DNA of 64,000 bases, taken from the NCBI GenBank assembly GCA_018304465.1, contig JAGVWC010000012.1:74019-138018 (forward strand), read 5' to 3'. The position numbers and the translations under genes are program-made. This document shows positions 19,304 through 28,796 of the stretch, in pieces. Source of the stretch: Candidatus Iainarchaeum sp. Lineage in GTDB: Archaea > Iainarchaeota > Iainarchaeia > Iainarchaeales > JAGVWC01. The notes beneath the pieces are model-generated. The model was given only the letters and a program-made list of their open reading frames with translations, was not told the DNA's origin and ran no database searches. Every line of letters begins with the position of its first letter. Position 1 is the first letter of the stretch.

Positions 19304-19412
19304 CAGGGGTTCCGGAGCGGTTAAACGGACAGGACTTAAGGTAATGCAATTCCAGGTTAGAAGCGATCCTGCGGCTTAGTGCCTTCGGCGGTTCGAATCC
19401 GCCCTCCTGCAA
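19304..19412 (+). tRNA. tRNA-Leu(UAA), class II, with a ~25-nt intron at the canonical 37/38 position; CCA not encoded
   Basis: Acceptor GCAGGGG/CTCCTGC. T arm GGCGG-TTCGAAT-CCGCC. Anticodon stem CAGGA/TCCTG enclosing CTTAAG + intron (19342..19366) + A. Long variable arm. Confidence 0.7.
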
Positions 19413-19440
19413 AAAAAATAATAAAAAATGGTGAAAAAAA

Positions 19441-19809
19441 ATGAAACGAACAGGACCCACAAAACCAAGTACGAAAGAATTGATTCGACGACTGGAAAAA
19501 GAAAGCATTTCGCGAAAAGAAACCATTTGGAGAACCATTTCGCGGTTGCTTGAAGCACCGTCGCGCGGATCCATCGCGGTAAACGTGGGAAAACTGGGTT
19601 TGCTTTCAAAAAAGTTTCCGAAAAAAGTTTTGTTGGTTCCGGGAAAAATTCTTGGAACCGGAGCGCTTGACGCGCCGATAACGGTTTGCGGATACGAGTT
19701 TTCGGAGAGCGCCGTGAAAAAAATCGAAAAAGCGAAAGGAAAAGCCTTGACGATTCCGCAGTTGTTGGAGTCCAAAGAAAAAATCGCTCAAATCATGCTG
19801 GTTAAGTGA
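19441..19809 (+). CDS. rpl18e: Ribosomal protein eL18
   Basis: Archaeal L18e pattern (RTGPTK...LIRRL, VN.GKL). Conserved neighbour of Rpo3/L13. Confidence 0.8.
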   Translation: MKRTGPTKPSTKELIRRLEKESISRKETIWRTISRLLEAPSRGSIAVNVGKLGLLSKKFPKKVLLVPGKILGTGALDAPITVCGYEFSESAVKKIEKAKGKALTIPQLLESKEKIAQIMLVK

Positions 19810-19815
19810 AGAAAT

Positions 19816-20262
19816 ATGAAAATTGTTGATTTCAAAAACGTGGTATTGGGCCGCGCGTCCACCCAAGTCGCAAAGACGCTTCTAAAAGGCGAAGACGTGA
19901 TCATTGTCAACTGTGAAAAAGCGGTGGTGAAAGGAACCCGAAGCGGCGCACTCGAAAAATTCGAACGCCGGTACGCTTGGCGCACCAAGGGAAACCCGGT
20001 TAAACGCGGACCCAAGTATTCGCGCTTGCCGGACCGCATCGTGACGTGGACGATCATGCACATGCTGCCCGACGAAAAGCCCTCCGGCCGAAAAGCCTTG
20101 GAACGATTGAAGGTGTACATCGGAGTGCCCAAGAGCATGGAAGGAAAAACATTTGAAAGAATCCAGGGAGCCGAAAACATGGAGCCCAAGAAATTTTTGA
20201 CGATTGAACAGATCAGCGCCAAAATGGGTTTGGAACTCAAAAGACCGAAGGTGACGAAGTGA
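19816..20262 (+). CDS. rpl13: Ribosomal protein uL13
   Basis: VLGRASTQVAKTLLKGEDVIIVNCEKAVV. Confidence 0.9.
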   Translation: MKIVDFKNVVLGRASTQVAKTLLKGEDVIIVNCEKAVVKGTRSGALEKFERRYAWRTKGNPVKRGPKYSRLPDRIVTWTIMHMLPDEKPSGRKALERLKVYIGVPKSMEGKTFERIQGAENMEPKKFLTIEQISAKMGLELKRPKVTK

Positions 20263-20690
20263 CCCAAGAAAAAACGAAGAAAAAATCGAAGGCCAAGGGG
20301 TTTACCGCCAAAGCCAAGAAAAAAACCGCGATTGCGCGCGCCGTAGCCCGAAAAGGAACCGGGGTCATTCGTATCAACAAGCGAAACCTCAATACCTTTG
20401 AGCCCGAATTGGTGCGCCATTTTATCAGCGAACCCATGGATATTTCAAAGCCCTTATCCGACGACGTCAACATCACGGTGTTCGTCGAGGGATCCGGTTT
20501 CATGAGCCAAGCCGTGGCGTGCCGAACCGCGATCGCCAAGGCATTGGTTGCTTACAAAAAAGACGAAAAACTTAAGAAAAAATTTCTGGCATACGACCGC
20601 GCTCTGCTGGTCGACGATGTGCGCCGAAAAGAATCCAAGAAACAATTAGGTGTCGGTGCGCGCCGCAAGAAGCAGAAGTCCAAGAGATAA
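20259..20690 (+). CDS. rps9: Ribosomal protein uS9
   Basis: C-terminal [11 protein letters not shown] and GKRKTAIARA motif. Confidence 0.9.
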   Translation: MTQEKTKKKSKAKGFTAKAKKKTAIARAVARKGTGVIRINKRNLNTFEPELVRHFISEPMDISKPLSDDVNITVFVEGSGFMSQAVACRTAIAKALVAYKKDEKLKKKFLAYDRALLVDDVRRKESKKQLGVGARRKKQKSKR

Positions 20691-20704
20691 AGGAGGCAAT
20701 AACA

Positions 20705-20899
20705 GTGATTGTACCCGTTCGTTGTTTTAGTTGCAACAAGGTCATTGCGGACCAGTATGAAGAGTACGCCGCACGCATCGGAAAAGGAGAGAACCCTGAA
20801 AAAGTGCTCGACGACCTGGGACTCAGCCGCTATTGCTGCCGCCGCATGCTTTTGACGCACGTGGATCTGATGCCGGAATTGCTCAAATACGAAGCTTAA
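20705..20899 (+). CDS. rpoN: RNA polymerase subunit N (Rpo10)
   Basis: [15 protein letters not shown]...YCCRRML zinc-binding motif, 64 aa. Confidence 0.85.
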   Translation: MIVPVRCFSCNKVIADQYEEYAARIGKGENPEKVLDDLGLSRYCCRRMLLTHVDLMPELLKYEA

Positions 20900-20912
20900 G
20901 ACGAGTTGACAG

Positions 20913-21668
20913 ATGATGACGGAAAAAACCCAACCTCAAAAGACTTCCCCGGAAGCAACGAACCCGTTTTTGACGACCGGAAGCCACATCGGCACCGTGT
21001 ACAAGACCGGCGACATGAAACGATACATTTTCAAGCGCCGAAAAGACGGATTGCTCGTGCTTAACGTGGAAAACATCGAAGAACGATTGAAAATCGCGGC
21101 GGAGTTCATTGCCCAGTTTCCCGCCGACAGAGTCGTGATCGTGGCGCGCCGTTTGTACGGACAATTGCCCGCGCGAAAATTCGCGGAAATCATCGGTGCC
21201 AAAGCCTTGACCGGACGCTTTATTCCAGGAACGTTTTCCAATAAAGAACATAAAAAATTTATCGAACCCAAAGTCGTGTTGGTAACAGAACCAGAAGCGG
21301 ATCTGCAAGCGATCAAAGAAGCAAGTATCGTTCGCGCGCCCGTCGTGGCGTTTGTCAGCACGAATAATTCGCTTCGAAACGTCGACTTGGCGATTCCGAT
21401 GAACAACAAAGGCCGAAAAAGCCTCGCCTTGGCGTTTTATACCTTGACACGAGAATACCTGGTCAAGCACAAAGACATCAAAAACGTGGACGGTTTTTCG
21501 CTTTCGCCGGAAGACTTCGAATACAAATTAGCCACGCCAACCGGTGAAGAAGACCCCGTCAAACAAGCGATTATTGAAGGCCGTCAGTTGCGCCGAAAGC
21601 GTTTTGGTGGCCACGGACGCGGAAAAGACGATGGAGATCGTCCCCGAATGGGTCGAAAAGGGCCTTAA
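20913..21668 (+). CDS. rps2: Ribosomal protein uS2
   Basis: LLTTGSHIGT...VVLVTEP...AIKEASIV...PVVAFVSTNN. Confidence 0.9.
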   Translation: MMTEKTQPQKTSPEATNPFLTTGSHIGTVYKTGDMKRYIFKRRKDGLLVLNVENIEERLKIAAEFIAQFPADRVVIVARRLYGQLPARKFAEIIGAKALTGRFIPGTFSNKEHKKFIEPKVVLVTEPEADLQAIKEASIVRAPVVAFVSTNNSLRNVDLAIPMNNKGRKSLALAFYTLTREYLVKHKDIKNVDGFSLSPEDFEYKLATPTGEEDPVKQAIIEGRQLRRKRFGGHGRGKDDGDRPRMGRKGP

Positions 21669-21705
21669 AACCCCTCAATTTCTAATTTTTTCACTCTATC
21701 TAGTA

Positions 21706-21717
21706 AATTTATATAAT
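21706..21717 (+). promoter_or_regulatory. Candidate TATA box (AATTTATATAAT) ~40 nt upstream of the TrmB-like regulator start
   Basis: AT-rich octamer in an otherwise balanced intergenic region. Confidence 0.3.
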
Positions 21718-21755
21718 AGTTTTCACATACTATTGTTGTAGCGTAGCGTGAAAAA

Positions 21756-22502
21756 ATGAAAGAAATCTCCGGAATTCTCGAACAATTTGGTTTGACCGAA
21801 TACGAAGCCAAAACCTTGGCGACGTTGTTTAAGCTATCCGAAGCGGAAGCGCCCGACATCAGCCGAAACGCGCAAGTGCCCAAAACCCGTGTGTATGACG
21901 TGCTTGAAAAATTGATTGAAAAACGCTTGGTCATGGAAATCAGCGGCCGCCCTAAAAAATACAGAGTGGTGTCGCCGACCGAAACGTTTTCCCAATTGAT
22001 TTCCGCCAAAAAAGACGAGTTAACCAAACTGGAAGAAGAAGCCACACAGCTTCAACTCGAATTGTCAAGCCAGTTTGAAAACCAAAGCGAAGGCGGGGAA
22101 CGCGTCATGAAAGTCAAGGACAAAAACGATTTTTTGAAAATTTTAAGCCACGAAATCGGAAAAGCCCAAAAAGAAGTCGTGTGTTTTACCAAGATCGGAA
22201 AAAAGTTTCCTGCGTTAAGCGAAAGCCTAAAACTCGCGGCCAAGAACAACGCGACGGTAAAAGTGCTGCACGAACCAGACCAGGAAAAACACGTGTTGTC
22301 GGACCTGACCAAAAACGGAATCGAACTTAAGCAAGGCGACCACGGATTGAACGTGTTCGTGATTGACGGAAAAAAAGTGATTTTGTTTTTGTCGGACCCT
22401 GAAGTGGATCGCGACGAGTATCATTTTACGGTGTGGCCCCAAAACCACGCCATGGCCAACATGGTCAAACACTATTTTGATCACCATTGGGGCAAAGAAT
22501 AA
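21756..22502 (+). CDS. TrmB-family transcriptional regulator (N-terminal wHTH plus C-terminal TrmB domain)
   Basis: LGLTEYEAKTLATLFKLSEA...VPKTRVYDVLEKLIEKRLV wHTH. ~250 aa. Confidence 0.65.
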   Translation: MKEISGILEQFGLTEYEAKTLATLFKLSEAEAPDISRNAQVPKTRVYDVLEKLIEKRLVMEISGRPKKYRVVSPTETFSQLISAKKDELTKLEEEATQLQLELSSQFENQSEGGERVMKVKDKNDFLKILSHEIGKAQKEVVCFTKIGKKFPALSESLKLAAKNNATVKVLHEPDQEKHVLSDLTKNGIELKQGDHGLNVFVIDGKKVILFLSDPEVDRDEYHFTVWPQNHAMANMVKHYFDHHWGKE

Positions 22503-22535
22503 ACCCTCTTTTTTTAATTCGTTCTTTTTCTAATA

Positions 22536-24314
22536 GTGAATACCATGTCCAAGTCCCAGGAAGAACAGGCGTTCAAGTACGCGATTAAAAACGCGGCGTT
22601 GCATGACGGCAAAGCCAACATGGGCGCGGTCGTCGGAAAATTGAAAGCGTTGTTTGCCGACGACGACATCAAGGAATTAAGTCTCATTGCCAAGACGGCA
22701 ACCGACCGCGTGAACAAAATGAAAAAAGAAGAAATCCAAAAACAGTTTGAAGTGTTTGAAAAAGAAGGATACGAATTAAAACCCAAGGAAAAAGAAAAAG
22801 GATTGCCTTCACTTGAGTGGGCGGAAAAAGGCGAACCGGTTTCGATGTGCGTGTGCGAAGAAGGATCCATGGTGGAACGGGTTTTGTTCCAAAAGGTTCC
22901 CGTGGTCACGCGGTTTGCGCCGAATCCGAATGGACCGATGCATTTTGGGCATTGTCGTGCCGCGATTTTGTCGGCGGAGTACGCCAAAAAATACAATGGA
23001 AAATTTTTGCTTCGATTCGAGGATACGGATCCCAAAGTCAAGAAACCCATGGAAAACGCGCAAGAAACTTTTTTGCGCGACCTCGCATGGCTTGGGTATT
23101 CGCCTGACGGAGTGTCGTGGGCGTCGGACCGGTTTGACCCGTATTACGATTACATGAAGCAAGTGTTGGCGATGGGAAAAGCGTACGTGTGCACGTGCGA
23201 CAACGAAGGTTTCAAGAAACTGAAAAACAAGGGCATCGCGTGTCCGCATCGCGAACGCGATCCGGTGATTCAGCGCTCGGAATTCGACAAGATGCTAAAC
23301 CACGAATACAAGGAATGGCAGGCGGTTCTTCGGATCAAAACGGATTTGAATCACCCTGATTTAAGCGTGCGCGATTGGTGGGCGGCAAAAATCGTGGACA
23401 AAGTCGCGTACAGCCGGCTCAAAAATCGCGTGGTGTTTCCGAGTTTTAATTTTCAGAATTCGGTGGATGATCATGAAGAAGGCGTAACCTTGATTTTGCG
23501 GGGAGTTCAGCACACCCAAAACGCGGTCAAACAAAAATACTTGTATGGTTATCTGGGATGGAAGTTTCCGCACATCATCCATTTTGGCTTGGTGAAAATG
23601 AAAGGAATCCTGCTTTCGAAAACCAAGATCAATGATCTGATGAAAAACGATTCTTCGTTTTTGGGTTTTCTCGATCCGCGGCTTGGAACCGTGGAAGCGT
23701 TTCGAGAAAAAGGATTCGTTTCGCAGGCGTTGGTGGACGAAATGCTGGAGCTTGGAACAAGACCAAGCGACGCGTCGATTTCTTTGGCGCGTCTTGAAGA
23801 CCGGAACAAGCAATTCATCGACAAGAAATCAAAACGGTTCATTTTGATCGAAGAACCCGTCGAAGTCGTTGTCAACAATGCCGAAAAAATCGAAGCACGG
23901 TTGGAAAATTATCCGGGGGATCCGTCGGCCGGAGTTCGAAAATACGGTTTGGGTTCCGGAAAACAGGTGTTTTGGATCGCCAAAGACGAAGCGGAAAACG
24001 CGATTCTGGGACGCGTTTTGAGATTAAAGCACGCGTATAACGTGCGCGTGGTGAAAAAAGACGGGAAGAAAATCGATTGCGAGTTTGTTTCGATCGAACA
24101 CAAAACAGGAATTCCGATCGTGAACTGGTTGATTCCAAGCGAAGTGCAATCCGTCGAGATTCGAATGCTGGACGCGTCGCTCAAAAAAGGGTATTCGGAA
24201 AAAGAATTGGCCCGACAAAAAATCGGCGCGCATGTTCGGTTTGAGGATTTCGGTTTTTTGGTAATCGCAAAAAACGCACAAACCGGGACGAAATTGAATT
24301 ATTCGCACCCCTAA
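22536..24314 (+). CDS. gltX: Glutamyl-tRNA synthetase (archaeal/eukaryal type, class I)
   Basis: HIGH-type motif PNPNGPMHFGHCRAAIL and the archaeal GluRS layout. Confidence 0.85.
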   Translation: MNTMSKSQEEQAFKYAIKNAALHDGKANMGAVVGKLKALFADDDIKELSLIAKTATDRVNKMKKEEIQKQFEVFEKEGYELKPKEKEKGLPSLEWAEKGEPVSMCVCEEGSMVERVLFQKVPVVTRFAPNPNGPMHFGHCRAAILSAEYAKKYNGKFLLRFEDTDPKVKKPMENAQETFLRDLAWLGYSPDGVSWASDRFDPYYDYMKQVLAMGKAYVCTCDNEGFKKLKNKGIACPHRERDPVIQRSEFDKMLNHEYKEWQAVLRIKTDLNHPDLSVRDWWAAKIVDKVAYSRLKNRVVFPSFNFQNSVDDHEEGVTLILRGVQHTQNAVKQKYLYGYLGWKFPHIIHFGLVKMKGILLSKTKINDLMKNDSSFLGFLDPRLGTVEAFREKGFVSQALVDEMLELGTRPSDASISLARLEDRNKQFIDKKSKRFILIEEPVEVVVNNAEKIEARLENYPGDPSAGVRKYGLGSGKQVFWIAKDEAENAILGRVLRLKHAYNVRVVKKDGKKIDCEFVSIEHKTGIPIVNWLIPSEVQSVEIRMLDASLKKGYSEKELARQKIGAHVRFEDFGFLVIAKNAQTGTKLNYSHP

Positions 24315-24402
24315 ACGCGGCGGCTGTTCGAGAAATTTTTATATACTCCAACGTTGTAATCAATCTTACATTCAATCAGCAGTACACACAGGAGGACTGT
24401 TT

Positions 24403-25047
24403 ATGAATTATAAATTTTTGTTGACGCTTGTCCTGCTTGGCGTCGTGGCCGCTTCGGCAAGCGCCGCGCTCGTGCAGGTACAAGTCGTGACCGGATCCAA
24501 GACACCCGTTGCCGGGGCTTCGGTCACGGTCGGAACGGGTTCATCCGGCAAAACATTGACGACGGATGCCAAAGGATATACGGATTTCGTGCGATTGGCC
24601 GCCGGAACCACGAACGAAATCGCGGTCACCAAGACGGGTTTTAAGGAAAACAAGATTTTTCCCGCCGTGGCAGCCGCCGCGTCCGAATTCCAACCGGTTT
24701 TGTACGTGGTGAACGTGGCCGCCGTGGAAGCGAAAAAAACCGAAACCAAGGTAACGCAGGCAACCGCGGAAGAAGATTTGATCAGCCGGATCCTCAAGGG
24801 TTTCATTGCCCCGTTTGCGGTTTTTCCGGTCGGAAAAAACGTGCAACCCAACTGTGTTTTGCGCGTCAATAACGTCGAGCGCGATACGTTTTACGCGGGA
24901 TCCAAGAACGCCTGCCGCGAATATCTGACGAACGGATGCAAAACCTACGCCCAGTATCTCAATCCTGGAATCAATTTGCTTGAAACCCGATGGAAAACGA
25001 ACAGCGTTGTCGAAACCATTAACAGCGATGTTTGCCGCATCGAATAA
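24403..25047 (+). CDS. Secreted protein with signal peptide, CarboxypepD_reg/PEGA-like beta-sandwich and C-terminal 4-Cys domain
   Basis: N-terminal signal peptide LLTLVLLGVVAASASA. VTVGTGSSGKTLTTDAKGYTDF segment. Paralogue of 35605..36273. Confidence 0.5.
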   Translation: MNYKFLLTLVLLGVVAASASAALVQVQVVTGSKTPVAGASVTVGTGSSGKTLTTDAKGYTDFVRLAAGTTNEIAVTKTGFKENKIFPAVAAAASEFQPVLYVVNVAAVEAKKTETKVTQATAEEDLISRILKGFIAPFAVFPVGKNVQPNCVLRVNNVERDTFYAGSKNACREYLTNGCKTYAQYLNPGINLLETRWKTNSVVETINSDVCRIE

Positions 25048-25068
25048 GACCTACGTATACATAACCAC

Positions 25069-25100
25069 GGGGGGCGTTGCCCCCTGCCCTTTCTTTTTTC
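25069..25100 (+). terminator. GC hairpin (GGGGGC-GTT-GCCCCC) followed by T-tract
   Basis: Perfect 6-bp GC stem then TTTCTTTTTTCCGTTT immediately after the stop of 24403..25047. Confidence 0.4.
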
Positions 25101-25243
25101 CGTTTATTCGTGTTTTATGATTGTTTACCGCCCAAAGACCGGTTTTTTAAAGGTTTGGCCGGGTAATTTTAGTATAATTGGTCTGTTTGTAATTTTTTTT
25201 ACCAATGACCATTCGAGAGGTAAAAGACAGGAGTGAACTTGAT

Positions 25244-25606
25244 ATGGCTCAGTACGTTAAGTTTAGCGTTCCGAAGGAAATCATGGACCGGCAATTGAAC
25301 GCGATCGAAAAGGTCCGAAAAGGCGGAAAAATCAAAGTCGGCGTCAACGAAGTCACCAAAGCGGTTGAACGCGGACAAGCGAAATTCGTCTTTATTGCCG
25401 AAGACGTGTCTCCCGCGGAAATCGTTATGCACTTGCCCGTCGTGTGCAAGGAAAAAAAAATCCCGTTTTCGTTTGTTTCTTCGAAAAAAGAACTCGGCGA
25501 AAAATCGGGTTTGGAAGTCGGAACATCGGCGATCGCGATCATGGAAGAAGGAGACGCAAAAGCGGATCTGGAATCCCTGGCGCGACAAGTCGCGGAACTC
25601 AAGTGA
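25244..25606 (+). CDS. rpl7ae: Ribosomal protein L7Ae (eL8). Alternative upstream ATG at 25205.
   Basis: MAQYVKF...[25 protein letters not shown]...VCKEKKIP. Confidence 0.85.
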   Translation: [120 protein letters not shown]

Positions 25607-25618
25607 GGATGAGAAAAA

Positions 25619-25831
25619 ATGGCTGATGATCGAGGAACACCGGCGGAAGTCGTTGAAGTCGTGAAACGCACGGGCGTTCACGGCGAAGTGACGCAAGTGT
25701 TATGCAAGATTCTGACGGGGCCCGAACAAGGCCGCGTCAAGCGACGCAATGTCAAGGGAATCGTCCGAAAAGGCGACATCTTGATTTTGCTGAACACGGA
25801 AAGCGAGGCAAAGGACATTTCAACGCGATAA
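25619..25831 (+). CDS. rps28e: Ribosomal protein eS28
   Basis: [19 protein letters not shown]...[14 protein letters not shown]. Confidence 0.85.
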   Translation: MADDRGTPAEVVEVVKRTGVHGEVTQVLCKILTGPEQGRVKRRNVKGIVRKGDILILLNTESEAKDISTR

Positions 25832-25872
25832 CTTCCTTTGCTTTTTTTTCAATTTTTTGAGGTTGATACGAT

Positions 25873-26121
25873 ATGGTCAAATGCTCGTTTTGCGGAACCG
25901 ACATCAATAAGGGAACCGGCAAGATGTTCGTCAAACGCGACGGAACAACGTTCTTTTTTTGTTCAAACAAATGCGAGGAAAACCTCCTAAAGCTCAAGCG
26001 ACAGCCATCCAAAGCCAAGTGGACGGCGGCATGGGGCGCAAGCAAGGCGGCGGCTCAAAAAACCAAAGCCAAAAAAGACACGAAAACCGCTAAAAAAGAA
26101 GTGAAGAAAAAGAAGGAGTGA
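25873..26121 (+). CDS. rpl24e: Ribosomal protein eL24 (zinc ribbon)
   Basis: MVKCSFCGTDINKGTGKMFVKRDGTTFFFCSNKC. Confidence 0.85.
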   Translation: MVKCSFCGTDINKGTGKMFVKRDGTTFFFCSNKCEENLLKLKRQPSKAKWTAAWGASKAAAQKTKAKKDTKTAKKEVKKKKE

Positions 26122-26597
26122 ACGAGATGGCTCATGAGCGAACATTAGTGATCATCAAACCCGACGCGATTCAACGCGAACTCGCGGGAGAAATTCTCAC
26201 CCGGTTCGAACGCAAAGGACTGAAAATGATCGGCTTGAAGCTCCAGTTACTCCCGGAAGAAACCATTCGCGATCATTACGCGCATTTGCGCGAAAAAGTT
26301 TTTTTCGAAGAACTCGTCGAGTTCATGACGAACACGCCATCCATCTTGATCGTGCTGGAAGGAAAAGAATGCGTTGAAGTCGTGCGCCGAATGGTCGGTA
26401 CCACGAACGCGCGAAGCGCCGACATCGGCAGCATCCGAGGAGATTATGGAATGAGCGTGCAGTCGAATCTGGTGCACGCGTCCGAATCATTGGTTGCCGC
26501 GCAAACCGAAATTGACCGCTTTTTCAAACCCGGAGAAATACACGATTTCACCAAGATTTCGTTTCACTTGGTGTATTCGAGCGCCGAGCGGGATTAG
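26118..26597 (+). CDS. ndk: Nucleoside diphosphate kinase
   Basis: ERTLVIIKPDAIQR...NLVHASES NDK motifs. Confidence 0.9.
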   Translation: MNEMAHERTLVIIKPDAIQRELAGEILTRFERKGLKMIGLKLQLLPEETIRDHYAHLREKVFFEELVEFMTNTPSILIVLEGKECVEVVRRMVGTTNARSADIGSIRGDYGMSVQSNLVHASESLVAAQTEIDRFFKPGEIHDFTKISFHLVYSSAERD

Positions 26598-26609
26598 AGG
26601 GGTTTTTGA

Positions 26610-27035
26610 GTGGATGTCTTCGTCCAAAAAATCGCACCGGATGCAATGCTTCCAAGTTACGCAAAACCCTTGGACGCCGGACTGGATTTGAGATCCAGCG
26701 AAGACGCCGTCATCAAACCGCTTGAACGAAAACTGATTTCGACCGGGATCGCAGTTGCGCTTCCGACCAATTTTGTCGGCCTGATCTGGGACCGGTCCGG
26801 AAACTCCGTTCGACACGGCGTGCACTGCATGGCCGGTGTCATTGACGCAGGGTACCGCGGCGAAATCAAGGTTTTGATGATTAATCTGGGGAACGCGGAT
26901 TTTGAAGTGAAAAAAAACGACCGCATCGCCCAGTTATTGATTCAACCCGTACTCCAAGGAGACCTAAGAGTCGTTGACAAGCTCGATGAAACCCATCGCG
27001 GCGACACGGGATTTGGATCGAGCGGAAGGAATTGA
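26610..27035 (+). CDS. dut: dUTP diphosphatase (trimeric dUTPase)
   Basis: AGLDLRS, GVIDAGYRGEI and RGDTGFGSSG motifs. 141 aa. Confidence 0.75.
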   Translation: MDVFVQKIAPDAMLPSYAKPLDAGLDLRSSEDAVIKPLERKLISTGIAVALPTNFVGLIWDRSGNSVRHGVHCMAGVIDAGYRGEIKVLMINLGNADFEVKKNDRIAQLLIQPVLQGDLRVVDKLDETHRGDTGFGSSGRN

Positions 27036-28796
27036 ATGATTCGAAAACCAATCATCACGGTGCTCGGTCACGTCGACCACGGAAAAACCACTTTTCTTGA
27101 CAAGATCCGCGGAACCGCGATTGCGGCGCGCGAAGCCGGTGCGATCACCCAGCATATCGGCGCCACCGAAGTTCCGATCAGTGTGATCCGCGAATTGTCG
27201 GGCGAACTCATCGAAAAATACGGTTTCAAGATCGAATTGTCGGGATTGCTTTTCATTGACACGCCGGGTCACGCGGCGTTCACGAATCTTCGAAAACGCG
27301 GCGGAAGCATTGCCGATCTGGCGGTGTTGGTCGTGGATTTGACGCAGGGATTCCAGCCGCAGACCATCGAAGCCATCGAGATTTTGAAGTCGTTTAAGGT
27401 TCCGTTTATCGTTGCCGCGAACAAAGTCGACAAGATTCACGGGTGGGCGCCGCATTACGGAACATTCACGAATTCCATCAAGGCGCAAACCGAATCCGTG
27501 CAGACGGATTTGGACACCAAGGTATACGAAATCGTGGGAAAACTCTACGAATTGGGGTTTCAGTCCGAGCGGTTTGATCGCATTGCCGATTTTACGAAAC
27601 AAATTCCGATTATTCCCGTGAGCGCGAAACTCGGGGACGGAATTCCGGAAACCTTGTTGTTTTTGGCGGGGTTGTCGCAGCGGTTTTTGGAAAAAAAACT
27701 GACGATTAACGAGGACGATCCCGGCGTCGGAACCGTGCTTGAAATCAAGGAAGAAAAAGGATTGGGAAAAACCATGGATGTCATCGTGTACGATGGCGTG
27801 CTTTCGGTCGGAGACGAAATCGTGGTGGGCGGAAAAAGCGGCGTGATCAAAGCGAAGGTTCGCGCGTTACTCGAACCAAAGCCGTTAAACGAAATTCGGG
27901 ATCCGAAAGAAAAATTCAACAATGTCAAAAGCGTGCATGCGGCCGCCGGAGTCAAGGTCGCGGCACCGGGTTTGGATCAAGCCTTGGCGGGTTCTCCGAT
28001 GCTGGTCGTAAAAACGGGTCTGGAAGAACAAAAAATCAAGGACGAATTAAAGGGATTAACGATTGAACAAGACGTCGTGGGACCGATTGTCCGGACCGAC
28101 GCATTGGGAAGCCTGGAAGCCTTGCTGGTATTACTGTCCAACAAAGGCATCAAACCGCGAAAAGCCGATGTGGGCGAAGTGACCCGAAAAGACGTGATCG
28201 AATGTTCGTCCGTGGCTGAAAAAGACAAGCTAAAAGGCGTTATTTTTGCTTTTAATACCCATGTATTGCCCGAAGCCCAGGAAGAAGCCCAAAAGCGTAC
28301 TGTTACCATTTTTAAGGAAAATGTCATATATAAGTTGTTAGAAGATTACGAGGTTTTCGAGAAAAACTTCAAGGAAGCCGAGAAAAAAGCCCGGCTTTCA
28401 AGCGTCGTGTTTCCAGCTCGTTTTCGGATCCTTCCCAATCACGTATTCCGAAACAGCAAGCCGTTGGTGGTCGGAGTCCGGGTTTTGGATGGACGACTCA
28501 AAAACGGCGTGCAGGTCATGACCAAGTCCGGGAAAAAACTCGGACATATATTGGCTTTGCAGGAAAATGGCAAGTCCATTGAAGAAGCACGAAAAGGCAA
28601 CGAAGTGGCCGTGTCCATCGAAGATGGCGTCATGGGTCGAAACGTTGGCCAAGAAGAAGAATTGTTTGTCGCGTTGACTCCGAATCAATTCGCGTCCTTG
28701 TTCCAAATGCAGAACGAGTTGTCGATCGAAGAACAGGAGTTAGTGCAAGAGACAAGAAAAATTTTGGATGATAATCGGCAGGTGAAAGAAGAATGA
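27036..28796 (+). CDS. infB: Translation initiation factor aIF5B (IF2 homologue), no intein
   Basis: GHVDHGKTTFLDKIRGT G-domain. 586 aa. Conserved ndk-infB-S6e-aIF2gamma order. Confidence 0.9.
   Translation: MIRKPIITVLGHVDHGKTTFLDKIRGTAIAAREAGAITQHIGATEVPISVIRELSGELIEKYGFKIELSGLLFIDTPGHAAFTNLRKRGGSIADLAVLVVDLTQGFQPQTIEAIEILKSFKVPFIVAANKVDKIHGWAPHYGTFTNSIKAQTESVQTDLDTKVYEIVGKLYELGFQSERFDRIADFTKQIPIIPVSAKLGDGIPETLLFLAGLSQRFLEKKLTINEDDPGVGTVLEIKEEKGLGKTMDVIVYDGVLSVGDEIVVGGKSGVIKAKVRALLEPKPLNEIRDPKEKFNNVKSVHAAAGVKVAAPGLDQALAGSPMLVVKTGLEEQKIKDELKGLTIEQDVVGPIVRTDALGSLEALLVLLSNKGIKPRKADVGEVTRKDVIECSSVAEKDKLKGVIFAFNTHVLPEAQEEAQKRTVTIFKENVIYKLLEDYEVFEKNFKEAEKKARLSSVVFPARFRILPNHVFRNSKPLVVGVRVLDGRLKNGVQVMTKSGKKLGHILALQENGKSIEEARKGNEVAVSIEDGVMGRNVGQEEELFVALTPNQFASLFQMQNELSIEEQELVQETRKILDDNRQVKEE

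Noticed and set aside
25205-25243. Upstream ATG as the L7Ae start
   Set aside because: Archaeal L7Ae proteins begin MA(x)YVKF. The ATG at 25244 has an AGGAG-like sequence 6-8 nt upstream. The 13 extra residues from 25205 are not conserved in the family.
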